DNA of 17,681 nucleotides from Chloroflexota bacterium (GCA_016210665.1 JACQTT010000013.1:1-17681); one strand, 5' to 3'. Positions 7,174 through 15,880 are shown, counted from the stretch's first letter. Notes: a model not told the origin generated them from the sequence alone. A program made the numbers and translations.

Positions 7174-9036
7174 TTACGGAAGCCGATAATTGAACTCGAT
7201 GCTGTTTATGGCTCTCAGAACCATGCTTTCCCGGGCACTTATCTCTGGGATCATCCCATTGGCAGCGATGTGTTTGGAATCGTCGCGGCTCTCCTGGTAT
7301 CGTAGCTCAAGGGTAAGCCACTGAACAAATTTATCCATAAAGTTGGTTACCTGACTATGGGTCTCGACCATGTTAGATGGAGGCTTGATCTTGGAAATCT
7401 GGATTTGCAGCGTCTGGGCCTTAGAGACCAGGGGTAAATAGTCCGCCGCCTGCGCGCCTTGCAGTATCTGTGCCCTTCGCTCAGAAACCGATTGCACCTC
7501 TTTCATCACCAAGTCGATCTCCGTAACGTAAGTCTTAACCTCTAAACGTAGGGGGTCTTCCCACGACGTTAGCCCCAGGAGGAAGTTCTTCTCAAACTGC
7601 TCGTATGATACGCCCGTTGAGGATTGAATCGCTGCGCTTAAACTATCTCCCATTCGCAGTCTTTCTAGAAGAGAAACCAGAGCCTTCTCGCCGAACCTTT
7701 CTATTAGGTAGCGAATGACCATATATGCTTCCGAATACTGAAGACTCACCTTTTCTTTGTCCGTTTGCTTGTTCCATGTGCGTTGGTCCTCAATCTCACG
7801 CAAGGGAAAGATAGTCCCTTTGGCTGCTGCAACCTTGACTCTGTCTGCCTTAGTGTATATATCACGCCTTACCACATCGGGTCTCTGGGACTCAAGCCCC
7901 AGAGCCACTTCATAGAAGGTGGCCGCACCCTCGTTGACCCAGGCCGGAAGGGTAGTATTCGGGAAACTCTCGTCCAATAGGAGGTGCACGTACTCGTGGG
8001 TGACAGTCATTTGCGCCGCACTCCTGAAAAAGTCCGTTCGGACGTAGATCCCCCTTCCAGCCGCTCCGCGCCAATAAAAACCGGCTTCCCAAGTCACATC
8101 AGTTCCTATCGAGGTGCCGGCCTGCTTCAGCAGGTTCTCGTTGCCAAGAAGGTACAAATCTGGGATTGAGGTGCTGGACAGGCCGAGTATCTGGCTGAGA
8201 CGTTCTACGACTAATGCCAGATGTCCTTGAAGGTCGAGGGCCAGAGAAGCCGGTACCAGGGATGAATAGTACGAATCTGTCACAAGTCCGTCATAGCGTC
8301 GAAACTCCACTCCCGCCGCCTTCAGCTCCCTTACCTCTAGCTGCAACTGGGATACAGGGTAGGTAGCGCTGAAAACCTCTTCTCCAACGGTCAAACGCAT
8401 GTTCCATATACCCTCACGATCCTTGGTGGCAATCCGAGTCAAAAAAGCCGACCCGGCAGCATCGGCCCAATAATCCCGCTTGGTCACGGGCTTTCCATTG
8501 ATCTGGGCAAATGTGGCTTCATTTTCTGTAACCCACTCAGCGGATACTCCGTTGGGCTCTACGAACTCCGCGGTGAATCGTTGCCACGGCTGTAGGCCTC
8601 TAAGAGTAAACACTATGTCCCGACCCGCAATCGGCCTACCTGGCTCTATTTGCAGCGTCAGGGATTTGCCCAGGGAGGTGGAGGCGATCCCCGATGGGGG
8701 AGGAACTAACGCAATCAGCGCAGGCAATTGAACTGGGGTAGGTGTAGGCTGTGGGGTGGGTCTCGGTTGGGCAGTGGCTGTGGGTTGCGGCGTCGGTGTG
8801 GATTGCGGTGTGGGCGTTGGAGCGGGCGTGGCCGTAGGTTGAGGCGTAGGCATAGGTTGAGACGTCGGTGTGGGTTGCGGCGTGGGCGTTGGAGCAGGAG
8901 TGGCCGTAGATATGGTAGCCTTTATCAAGGCAACCACTGTGAGTGGAATATCGGGAGTCGGCGTGGGTTCGCCAGTATTACAGGCAACGAGAATACCCAA
9001 TAGTAAGAAAAACCCTGGTAGGCGGTGAAATTTCAT
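7174..9036 (-). CDS. Secreted lipoprotein zinc metallopeptidase, gluzincin / peptidase-MA-like (M1-type HExxH...WxNEGxA), with a Pro/Thr-rich linker.
   Basis: The track ORF extends to 9102. I place the start at ATG 9034-9036 (MKFHRLPGFFLLLGILVAC, a classic lipoprotein signal peptide with lipobox LVAC). The mature protein begins with a TPxPTPxP linker and then a domain containing MTVTHEYVHLLLDESFPNTTLPAWVNEGAATFYE. This is HEYVH plus WVNEGAA, which resembles the M1 motifs HExxH-x18-E and WLNEGFA. Confidence 0.75.
   Translation of the reverse strand: MKFHRLPGFFLLLGILVACNTGEPTPTPDIPLTVVALIKATISTATPAPTPTPQPTPTSQPMPTPQPTATPAPTPTPQSTPTPQPTATAQPRPTPQPTPTPVQLPALIALVPPPSGIASTSLGKSLTLQIEPGRPIAGRDIVFTLRGLQPWQRFTAEFVEPNGVSAEWVTENEATFAQINGKPVTKRDYWADAAGSAFLTRIATKDREGIWNMRLTVGEEVFSATYPVSQLQLEVRELKAAGVEFRRYDGLVTDSYYSSLVPASLALDLQGHLALVVERLSQILGLSSTSIPDLYLLGNENLLKQAGTSIGTDVTWEAGFYWRGAAGRGIYVRTDFFRSAAQMTVTHEYVHLLLDESFPNTTLPAWVNEGAATFYEVALGLESQRPDVVRRDIYTKADRVKVAAAKGTIFPLREIEDQRTWNKQTDKEKVSLQYSEAYMVIRYLIERFGEKALVSLLERLRMGDSLSAAIQSSTGVSYEQFEKNFLLGLTSWEDPLRLEVKTYVTEIDLVMKEVQSVSERRAQILQGAQAADYLPLVSKAQTLQIQISKIKPPSNMVETHSQVTNFMDKFVQWLTLELRYQESRDDSKHIAANGMIPEISARESMVLRAINSIEFNYRLP
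8735..8912. repeat. Degenerate tandem nucleotide repeat that encodes the Pro/Thr-rich linker of the metallopeptidase.
   Basis: Reiterated GGTGTGGGTTGCGGCGTGGGCGTTGGAGC(A/G)GG(A/C)GTGGCCGTAG-type units, for example 8806-8838 and 8868-8910. They encode PTPTPQPTATPAPTP-type repeats on the minus strand. Confidence 0.7.
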
Positions 9037-9146
9037 TCTGAATTCACCCTGTTCAAGCTGGTAGCGCAAGACGTAAAGAGTGGAGGCAAATGACTGAATC
9101 ATATCACATCCCTACTAGCCCAAGGCATCGAAGAGCTCCTGTTCCC

Positions 9147-9175
9147 TTGCAGAGGATGGCCTTCTTTTGTAGTAT
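9147..9175 (+). promoter_or_regulatory. Candidate sigma70-like promoter for the LLM oxidoreductase gene.
   Basis: TTGCAG (9147-9152), 17-nt spacer, TAGTAT (9170-9175), about 45 nt upstream of the ATG at 9220. Confidence 0.3.
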
Positions 9176-9219
9176 AAACTGCATCACGAATCGGCATGGG
9201 TAGAAAGGAGAAAGTTGCC

Positions 9220-10263
9220 ATGGAGATGGGCGTTGGCCTGGACGCCACCCTGAACCTCACCTGGGATGAGCAGGCCCGGGTTGCCCAGGAGGCGGCAAGG
9301 CTGGGCTACACCAGCATCTGGACAAACGAAACCGCCGGACATGACGGCTTTCAGGTCTGCGTCCACCGCTGGGCGGCGTCGAAGGCTACCATTGAGAGAG
9401 GGCTGACCACAGGCATAGCCGTCTCACCTGTCTATCTGCGAACCCCTCTAGCCCTGGCAATGAGTGCCGGGACTACAAGCGAGTTGACGGGAGGGAGATT
9501 TATCCTGGGCATTGGCTCTGGTAGTATCTATCGTGCGGCGATCCGCCGTTCTTTAGGATTGCCACAGCTCGCAACCCTATCTCTTATGAAGGACTACCTG
9601 ACCATACTCCGGGATCTGTTGGGAGGCAAAAACGTGACCTACGAAGGCAAGGCATTGGCCTTGCAAGGCGTAAGGCTCGCCCTCCAGCCATCGCCCAACA
9701 CACCCATCTATCTTGGCGCCCTGGGGCCGAAGATGCTTCGCATGGCGGGCGAGCTCGCCGATGGAGCGGTCCTTAACTGGTGCACCCCTGAGCAGGTCTC
9801 CTGGAGCCGGGGGCAGATCTCCGAAGGAGCTGCCCGAGCCGAGCGTGACCCATTCAACGTAAAGGTAGTCGAATATATCCGGGTGTGTATAGACGAGGAT
9901 ATAGACCTGGCACGGCACTCCCTGGCCAGGTCTGTTATACCTTATGCCCTTTCTCCCCGCGGCGCTACCGAGGGAGAAAGGGGGCTGGGATATAGGGCAC
10001 ACTTCGAGCGCATGGGCTTTGGCAAGGAGCTGTCCAACCTGGAGAGGATGAGAGACGGAGGAGCACCCTCCGAGAAGGTGGCCGATGCCTTTCCTCCCGA
10101 TCTTTTGCAAAAGGTTGGCTATTATGGTTCATCAGCCGGGGCCGCTAAAGCATTGAAGAAGCTGGCAGAAGGTCTGGATGTCGCCATAGTTCGCGTCGTC
10201 GCGGCTCGCCCCGGGGTGAGCTCGGTGCTTTCCGCCCTCCACGCCTGCGGCCCGGTCTCGTAA
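9220..10263 (+). CDS. Luciferase-like monooxygenase (LLM) class flavin- or F420-dependent oxidoreductase.
   Basis: The track ORF starts at 9196, but AAGGAG (9206-9211) sits 8 nt before ATG 9220 (MEMGVGLDATLNLTWDEQ...). It has the LLM signature GGRFILGIGSGS and a TIM-barrel-like length of about 348 aa. Confidence 0.8.
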   Translation: MEMGVGLDATLNLTWDEQARVAQEAARLGYTSIWTNETAGHDGFQVCVHRWAASKATIERGLTTGIAVSPVYLRTPLALAMSAGTTSELTGGRFILGIGSGSIYRAAIRRSLGLPQLATLSLMKDYLTILRDLLGGKNVTYEGKALALQGVRLALQPSPNTPIYLGALGPKMLRMAGELADGAVLNWCTPEQVSWSRGQISEGAARAERDPFNVKVVEYIRVCIDEDIDLARHSLARSVIPYALSPRGATEGERGLGYRAHFERMGFGKELSNLERMRDGGAPSEKVADAFPPDLLQKVGYYGSSAGAAKALKKLAEGLDVAIVRVVAARPGVSSVLSALHACGPVS

Positions 10264-10343
10264 GACCCTAGAAAACTGGACAAGGAAGCTCAGAAACTTA
10301 TAGTCGAGTGATTGCTGGTAGCTATAGAAAGAGAGGAATATCT

Positions 10344-11051
10344 ATGGTTGAACAGGAGATGTATCGCCGAGCGATGGTAGTGGTTGCCCACGCCGATGAC
10401 GCGGAGTTCGGGTGTTCAGGCACGGTGGCCCTTTGGGCGCGACAAGGAGCAGAGGTAATCTACGTCATATGCACGGACGGAAGCAAAGGAAGCGGCGATC
10501 CTGAAATGACCTCCTCCCGTTTGGTGGAGATACGACGCCAGGAGCAACTCGACGCTGCCAGGGTCCTGGGAGTAAAGGAGGTAGTATTTCTAGGCTACGA
10601 AGATGCCATACTTCAGCCCACCCTTGAGTTGCGGCGAGATATTTGCCGGCAGATTCGCCGATACAAGCCTCAGGTCCTGATCTGTATGAGCCCGGTAAGA
10701 GATCTGGAAAGCGCCAGCTACCTGGGTCACCCGGACCACTTCGCCTCAGCAGAAGCGGCCCTGTCGGCGGTGTTCCCCGCAGCCCGGGACCGATTGACCT
10801 TTCCTGAACTCATGGAGGAGGGTCTGGAACCCCATAAGGTAGAAGAGGTGCTGGTGATGAGCAGGACTAACCCTAACAAGTGGATTGATGTTACCGATAC
10901 CCTAGATATCGCCATGGAGGCCATCAAATGCCACCGCAGCCAAGTGAATCCCGAAGACGTCGGGAACTTTCTGCGAGGGTGGCGAGAGGAGATGGGAAAA
11001 GAGAGGGGCATGAAATACGCCGAAGCCTTCAGACACTTTCAACTGCGCTGA
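10344..11051 (+). CDS. PIG-L / LmbE-family zinc-dependent N-acetyl-glucosaminyl deacetylase (MshB/BshB-like).
   Basis: Motifs MVVVAHADDAEFG (the AHPDDE motif) and GHPDHFA (the HxDH motif). The track ORF starts at 10308, but GAGAGGA (10331-10337) precedes ATG 10344. Confidence 0.8.
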   Translation: MVEQEMYRRAMVVVAHADDAEFGCSGTVALWARQGAEVIYVICTDGSKGSGDPEMTSSRLVEIRRQEQLDAARVLGVKEVVFLGYEDAILQPTLELRRDICRQIRRYKPQVLICMSPVRDLESASYLGHPDHFASAEAALSAVFPAARDRLTFPELMEEGLEPHKVEEVLVMSRTNPNKWIDVTDTLDIAMEAIKCHRSQVNPEDVGNFLRGWREEMGKERGMKYAEAFRHFQLR

Positions 11052-11094
11052 AAAGACACCATGGACGGGACGGTGTAACAGACTCTGTAGGAGC

Positions 11095-12090
11095 TTACAA
11101 AAACAGCTCTCCTAGCTTCTCAAAAGCTGCTCCTAACAATATACAGAAGGGAAAAGTCACTATCCATCCCATGACAACCCCCCTCACTACCCCCCAACGC
11201 ACCGCCGAAAGGCGCCTAGTACCCCCCTGGCCCATGATGGTGGAGGAGATGACGTGAGTTGTACTAAGGGGAAAGCCGAGTCGGGTTGCAGCCTCAATGA
11301 CGAAAGCAGCAGCGCTCTCGGCGGCAAAGCCGTGAATAGGCTGCATCTTTACAATGCGAACCCCTAGGGTCCTCACTACACGCCATCCTCCTGCGTAAGT
11401 TCCCAGAGCCATCACCAGGGCAGACAGGAGCTTGACCCACAAGGGGATGTGGAAGGTGTCGATGGCTCCCCCGACGAACAGGGCGAGGGCAACAACCCCC
11501 ATGGTCTTCTGGGCATCATTAGAACCGTGGCTGAAGGCCATGGCCGCGGCAGAAAGGATCTGTAGTCGTCCAAAAGCGCCGCTTATGAGGGAAGGACTGC
11601 GGCGGCGTAAAACCCAGTAGAGGCCCAGCATGACCAGATAACCTATGCTAAATCCTATGAGGGGTGCAAAAAAGAGGCCCAGTAGTACAGTCCTAATCCC
11701 AGCAGGCTGTAAGGCACCTAGCCCTGCCGTGCTAAATGCCGCCCCCACTAGACCCGCTATGAGGCTGTGGCTGCCGCTGACGGGCATTCCCAAACGAGAG
11801 GCGAGGAAGACCCATACTGCCGCCGCCGCCACCGCCGCTGCAATAGTCGTCAAGGTGATCTCTTCGGGCGATATGATCCCCTTGCCTACCACCTTGGCCA
11901 CGGCCGTCCCCGAGAGGGCTCCGACTAGGTTCAACGACGCCGCCATGACAACGGCTAGTATGGGTGACAAGACCCGCGTGGAGACTACTGTGGCAATAGC
12001 ATTGGCTGCATCGTTGAAGCCGTTAGCAAAATCGAAAATGAGGGCAAGGACAATGACAACTATCAGAAAGACTGTTGAGGTCTCAGTCAC
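11095..12090 (-). CDS. pit: Inorganic phosphate transporter, PiT (PHO4) family.
   Basis: Both PiT signatures are present: GFNDAANAIAT near the N-terminus and GSNDAQKTMG in the second half. It has about 10 TM helices. The start codon is GTG: the forward strand reads CAC at 12088-12090 and is called M by the track. Confidence 0.85.
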   Translation of the reverse strand: MTETSTVFLIVVIVLALIFDFANGFNDAANAIATVVSTRVLSPILAVVMAASLNLVGALSGTAVAKVVGKGIISPEEITLTTIAAAVAAAAVWVFLASRLGMPVSGSHSLIAGLVGAAFSTAGLGALQPAGIRTVLLGLFFAPLIGFSIGYLVMLGLYWVLRRRSPSLISGAFGRLQILSAAAMAFSHGSNDAQKTMGVVALALFVGGAIDTFHIPLWVKLLSALVMALGTYAGGWRVVRTLGVRIVKMQPIHGFAAESAAAFVIEAATRLGFPLSTTHVISSTIMGQGGTRRLSAVRWGVVRGVVMGWIVTFPFCILLGAAFEKLGELFL

Positions 12091-12448
12091 TTCTCGTCAC
12101 ACTCGCACATACGAGGAGAATACACCAGTTCTTCCCATTACTCAAGCTCTGGCTCCAAAGCAACCTCTCCTCCGTTATTCACAAAACTCTGGAGCGTATC
12201 ATAGGTTCGCCGCTCTGTCAACCACTCCCTATTCTCGATAATTGATCAATTTGAACGGTCATGTGCTGGTGAAACTGACCCACTACCTAACATAACCTTG
12301 GTTTGACAGGCCTTGCCCTTTGACAAGCTCTAGGTGAGCGGTAGTTTGTCCGCTCGTGGTGAGCCTGTCGAACCATGAGTCTTCTCTTAATGTCCTAAAG
12401 GAAAGCCATGTGCTTGTTTTGGAATCCCCCCTCGAGAGGTCTAAGAGG

Positions 12449-13774
12449 CTACTGAGCAGGAGGCGGCAGCACCTTGCGCGCCTGGCGGATGACGCCTAGT
12501 AAAAGAAGGGCCACTATAACAGCGACCACGCCAAGGGCCGCAGGTAAGAGCCAGGGGAACCGCTCGCTGACGGGAGGCCTCTTCTCCACATAGTCGGGAT
12601 TGGTGTTCTGGGGACCCAGGGCAGCTTGCGCCAACTCCTCGGTCTCGAGGTAGGGAAAGACCCGCTCGATATCATAAGAAGGCCGCCGGGCTTCGAGATT
12701 ACCGTAGTAGAGCTTGTACAACTGCCCGGGGTCTGTCGTGTAGAGGAGGCTGCGACGATAGCTCCATGCATCTACACCTTCGATATGAAGAGGCGGGCTG
12801 TCCTCGTCGTGGATGACCAGGCGTAGATAGCGTAAGGTGGTCTCGGGATAGACGATGGCGAGGTTACCTCCAACAAACTTCGGGGTGTCGTAGGCGTAGA
12901 TGCCAGCCCTCGACTGGGCGGTGCTCCACTCCTTACGGTCAGCACTCTCCTCTATGGTGACCTCTCGATAGAAGTTGACCTCGGACACCCTAACCTGAAC
13001 GCGATGGCTAGGAAGCCCTGGGCTACCCGTGTCCATCTCCACGAGGGTGGCGCGGCGATCTCTGTCGTAGCTAGTGCTTACCATAGATACGGGCCAGGAC
13101 ACCTCTTGTGCTGGGGTAACCTTTATAAAGAAAGTGGTAGCGCCGAGTACGTCCAGGGGGCCTTCACCCTCGTCGGCGACCTTAACCCGCAGATAACGCG
13201 CCGTGCTGGCTGGATACCCTATCCTTGTGTTGCTGGCGCTAAAGTTTCGCTCCTTGACGGTGAAATCATAGATTTCCTGCTTGCCTACCTCAGCCCATGT
13301 ACCTCCATCGTTACTGGTTTCCACGGTGGCTGTACGGCGGAAGTTGATGGCGGGAGTCTGGAACTCGATCTCGTTGTGTAGGAGTCCATCGCGCCCCAGG
13401 TCGGCGATGAATGTGGTGTAGAGGTCAGGAACGTAACCCTTGTCCTGTAAGGTCACTGGGAAGGACGTAAACTGACGCTCGCCCCTACTGACCTGGAACT
13501 TGTACGGAACCTCCGTGCCAGCGGTGGAGATGATGCGAAGGTCAACCAGGCCGAGGGCCGAGCCAGCAAACACCTCGCGATCTGGGACGAGCTCCACAAG
13601 ACCCTTGCTAAGGAGGTTAGAAGGGGAAGCAATGGGCTTGAAGTACTGCCAGTCACGGAGTAAGAAGTCAGCCGCCACGCTGGAGGCGAGCAAGGCCGTC
13701 AGAACGACGGCAGCGGTGATGGATCTGGCAACTAGAGCGACCCTACTTCTCAACCAGGAACCCCCTGATGGCAC
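12449..13774 (-). CDS. DUF3999-like protein: N-terminal signal/anchor, a large beta-rich extracytoplasmic domain, and a C-terminal TM anchor.
   Basis: A 441-aa ORF with N-terminal hydrophobic segment ITAAVVLTALLASSVAA and C-terminal anchor FPWLLPAALGVVAVIVALLLLGVI followed by RQARK. The overall length and topology match my recollection of Pfam DUF3999. It overlaps the upstream DUF2339-like gene by 32 nt, so the two are probably translationally coupled. The family assignment is from memory and is not searchable here. Confidence 0.65.
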   Translation of the reverse strand: MPSGGSWLRSRVALVARSITAAVVLTALLASSVAADFLLRDWQYFKPIASPSNLLSKGLVELVPDREVFAGSALGLVDLRIISTAGTEVPYKFQVSRGERQFTSFPVTLQDKGYVPDLYTTFIADLGRDGLLHNEIEFQTPAINFRRTATVETSNDGGTWAEVGKQEIYDFTVKERNFSASNTRIGYPASTARYLRVKVADEGEGPLDVLGATTFFIKVTPAQEVSWPVSMVSTSYDRDRRATLVEMDTGSPGLPSHRVQVRVSEVNFYREVTIEESADRKEWSTAQSRAGIYAYDTPKFVGGNLAIVYPETTLRYLRLVIHDEDSPPLHIEGVDAWSYRRSLLYTTDPGQLYKLYYGNLEARRPSYDIERVFPYLETEELAQAALGPQNTNPDYVEKRPPVSERFPWLLPAALGVVAVIVALLLLGVIRQARKVLPPPAQ

Positions 13775-15704
13775 GACTGTAGCGCTGGTAGAGATAAGCG
13801 CTAGCTAGCAGGATGACCCCCAGACCCATGAAGGCACCTATGCGGTAGACACGCTCCAGGGCAAATATGTCGTAAACAAACACCTTGGCGATGGGGATAA
13901 GGAGAAGACCCAGGGCGGCCAGACGAATCGGGCGTGAGCGCTTGACTATGCCAATAACCAGGGCAATGGCGGCGTAGCCGGCCCATATAGCGGTGAGGGA
14001 GAGATTCTGAGCGTTTCTGAGGTTGTCGTCGGTACCCCTAAACCTCTCAAAGCGGGGCAGCTCTGTAAACCTGCTGTCGAAGTAGCTGAGCGCCTCCGCG
14101 CTGAGGATCCAGAGGGAGAAGACGTTGGCAGCCAATATAAAAATAGGATACACGAACCAGGCGTTCCTCTCCCACTCGTCCAGTGACCCTCTTTCACGCC
14201 AGAGAAGGCGTGCGGCGATGTATATGGAGGCGATGCTTACCAGAAACGCTAGAAAGCGCTCGTTGAGCACCGGGCGGAAAGTAGCCAAATCTACATAATC
14301 AATCGGCGTGTCGAAAAAGAGCAGTCGCACGGCTACGAGAACGAAGGCGGCGTAACTAAAGATGCGGGTTCGAGGCATCTGCAACGTAAACGATAGCCAC
14401 ATAAGCACTGTACCCTCGGCTGCCCAGGCAATAGTCGTCCAGGCCCTATCGCCTAACTGCACTGGGATGGCGATGGTAAGAAACACCAGGGCGATGCCCA
14501 GGGCCAGGAAGCTGAGCCTCACATTTTCGGCGCTACGTTTAAGGGCGACATAGGCGAGGCCGCCGTAGAACAGGGCCAGGAGGATAGAGAAGCCCCCCAT
14601 CCATAGTCTGAAGTCATCCCACAAAAGCCCATAGCTTATCCCAAAGTAGGCACCCGCGTTGATAATCATGAGAGCCTGGTCGAAAGCCTGGGGAGCACGA
14701 CGCCAGACGATGTGATAAAGGGTCGTGGCTCCTACAAAGATGAGGAATATCAGGGTCAGGCCACCCTGGGATGTCAGCAGGCTCGCTTCGTTGCCAAACT
14801 CGCTATACCATCCCCCGAAAGCCACCAGAGTCGCCAGGAGCGAAAGAAGGGTGAACCAGCGCCAGTTGCGGAAGGTGGACAACGCTAGGACACCCAGGTC
14901 AACTACCATTATGTAAACCAGGAGTTGTATGCTCTCGCCGGCCTGGGCAGCCCCACGCGTCTCTGGTGCAAAGCCACCAAGGATAAAGGGTGCGCCGAAG
15001 GCCCCAAGGATACCGATTATCGCCAACGCCGTGGAATCGTGGCGAAGGGCCAGGGCCGCCGAGGTCACACTGATCAGTAGCAGGAAACCGACGGCGGGAT
15101 TCAGGGTAATCAGGTTAAAGATGGCAAAGGCGGCGAAGATAGCCAGGTATAGGAGGGCAATGCCGCCTCCCATCAGGGCCTGGGCGTAGGCTGGGTATCG
15201 TTTTTGCCAGTACTCACCGGCTCCTAGCATTGCCAGCCCAGCTATGATTCCCAGGACTACACGCCCTGTCGGGCCTATCCAGTTGTTGTCGAAGGCTAGC
15301 TTGAGGAAGAAGGCAACGCCAATAATAATAGCAAGAACCCCAATCCTGGCTAGCCAGTTGCCGCCAAAGATCTGCTCCCAGTCCCACTCCTTCATTCTCT
15401 TGAAAATGTCTCCATCAGGTGGTGCTGGAGTTTCTTCGGCTAGACCAGGGACCTCTCCGGCGGTAACCGAGGCGACCTCTAGCGCAGGTGTCGGCTGGAG
15501 AGGCGGTGCGGCGACTCCTCGTACGCGTTCAAGGGCAGCCAGACGCTCGTTCATAGCCACAAGGTTACCCCCTAAGCGGCGCACCTCGGCCTGGAGCGCT
15601 TCTATCTGCTGAGCCGAGGTTTCAGGTGCTGCAAGAGCGGTGCCACAGGAGATGCAGAACCGACTGTTCGGGGTGTTCTCGTGCTGGCAGTTGGGGCAGC
15701 GCAT
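13743..15704 (-). CDS. DUF2339-like large polytopic membrane protein with an N-terminal zinc ribbon and coiled coil.
   Basis: A 653-aa ORF with ATG at 15702-15704 preceded by GGAGACAGGA. It has CPNCQHEN...CISCG (zinc ribbon) and QQIEALQAEVRRLGGNLVAMNERLAALER (coiled coil). About 18-20 predicted TM helices then begin at FGGNWLARIGVLAIIIGVAFFLKLAF, which is typical of DUF2339 proteins as I recall them. Confidence 0.65.
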   Translation of the reverse strand: MRCPNCQHENTPNSRFCISCGTALAAPETSAQQIEALQAEVRRLGGNLVAMNERLAALERVRGVAAPPLQPTPALEVASVTAGEVPGLAEETPAPPDGDIFKRMKEWDWEQIFGGNWLARIGVLAIIIGVAFFLKLAFDNNWIGPTGRVVLGIIAGLAMLGAGEYWQKRYPAYAQALMGGGIALLYLAIFAAFAIFNLITLNPAVGFLLLISVTSAALALRHDSTALAIIGILGAFGAPFILGGFAPETRGAAQAGESIQLLVYIMVVDLGVLALSTFRNWRWFTLLSLLATLVAFGGWYSEFGNEASLLTSQGGLTLIFLIFVGATTLYHIVWRRAPQAFDQALMIINAGAYFGISYGLLWDDFRLWMGGFSILLALFYGGLAYVALKRSAENVRLSFLALGIALVFLTIAIPVQLGDRAWTTIAWAAEGTVLMWLSFTLQMPRTRIFSYAAFVLVAVRLLFFDTPIDYVDLATFRPVLNERFLAFLVSIASIYIAARLLWRERGSLDEWERNAWFVYPIFILAANVFSLWILSAEALSYFDSRFTELPRFERFRGTDDNLRNAQNLSLTAIWAGYAAIALVIGIVKRSRPIRLAALGLLLIPIAKVFVYDIFALERVYRIGAFMGLGVILLASAYLYQRYSRAIRGFLVEK

Positions 15705-15880
15705 TCCTGTCTCCTTACCCTAGTCTTCGTAGCTTACTGCACCCTCGCAGCCTCGTCAATCATTATGTCTTCAAGCAAGATAAAAACAATCGCCCCTTGA
15801 TGCGATTCACGGGGCGGTTGCCTTTAAGAATGGATGTCTGTTTGGGGATTATATACTTGTCGGGGTTTGAGTGGTAGACT

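Noticed and set aside
8735-8912. The repetitive tract considered as a possible CRISPR array or minisatellite.
   Set aside because: The units are irregular and degenerate, have no spacer-repeat periodicity and sit in frame inside a coding sequence. It is a low-complexity linker, not a CRISPR array.
8728-9003. An Arg/Gly/Cys-rich 91-aa ORF on the plus strand.
   Set aside because: It is the antisense reading of the Pro/Thr-repeat coding DNA (CGG and CGT runs) and is low-complexity. I treat it as an artefact.
9037-9102. A 22-codon N-terminal extension (MIQSFASTLYVLRYQLEQGEFR) on the metallopeptidase ORF.
   Set aside because: It would bury a textbook lipoprotein signal peptide (MKFHRL...LVAC). 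Starting at ATG 9036 restores the signal peptide and lipobox.
9577-10110. A 177-aa minus-strand ORF inside the LLM oxidoreductase gene.
   Set aside because: It is antisense to a gene with a clear family signature and a strong RBS. It has no motif or RBS of its own.
11052-11094. The 43-bp convergent gap between the deacetylase and the phosphate transporter, considered for a terminator (ACACC...GGTGT; GGAGCT-N9-AGCTCtCC).
   Set aside because: The stems are imperfect or large-looped and partly lie inside the transporter coding region. They do not meet the standard for an intrinsic terminator.
11432-12241. ORFs 11432-11620 (+) and 11645-12241 (+) on the strand opposite the phosphate transporter gene.
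   Set aside because: They are antisense to a well-supported transporter gene, Ala/Thr/Arg-rich as expected from a GC-rich reverse frame, and have no RBS.
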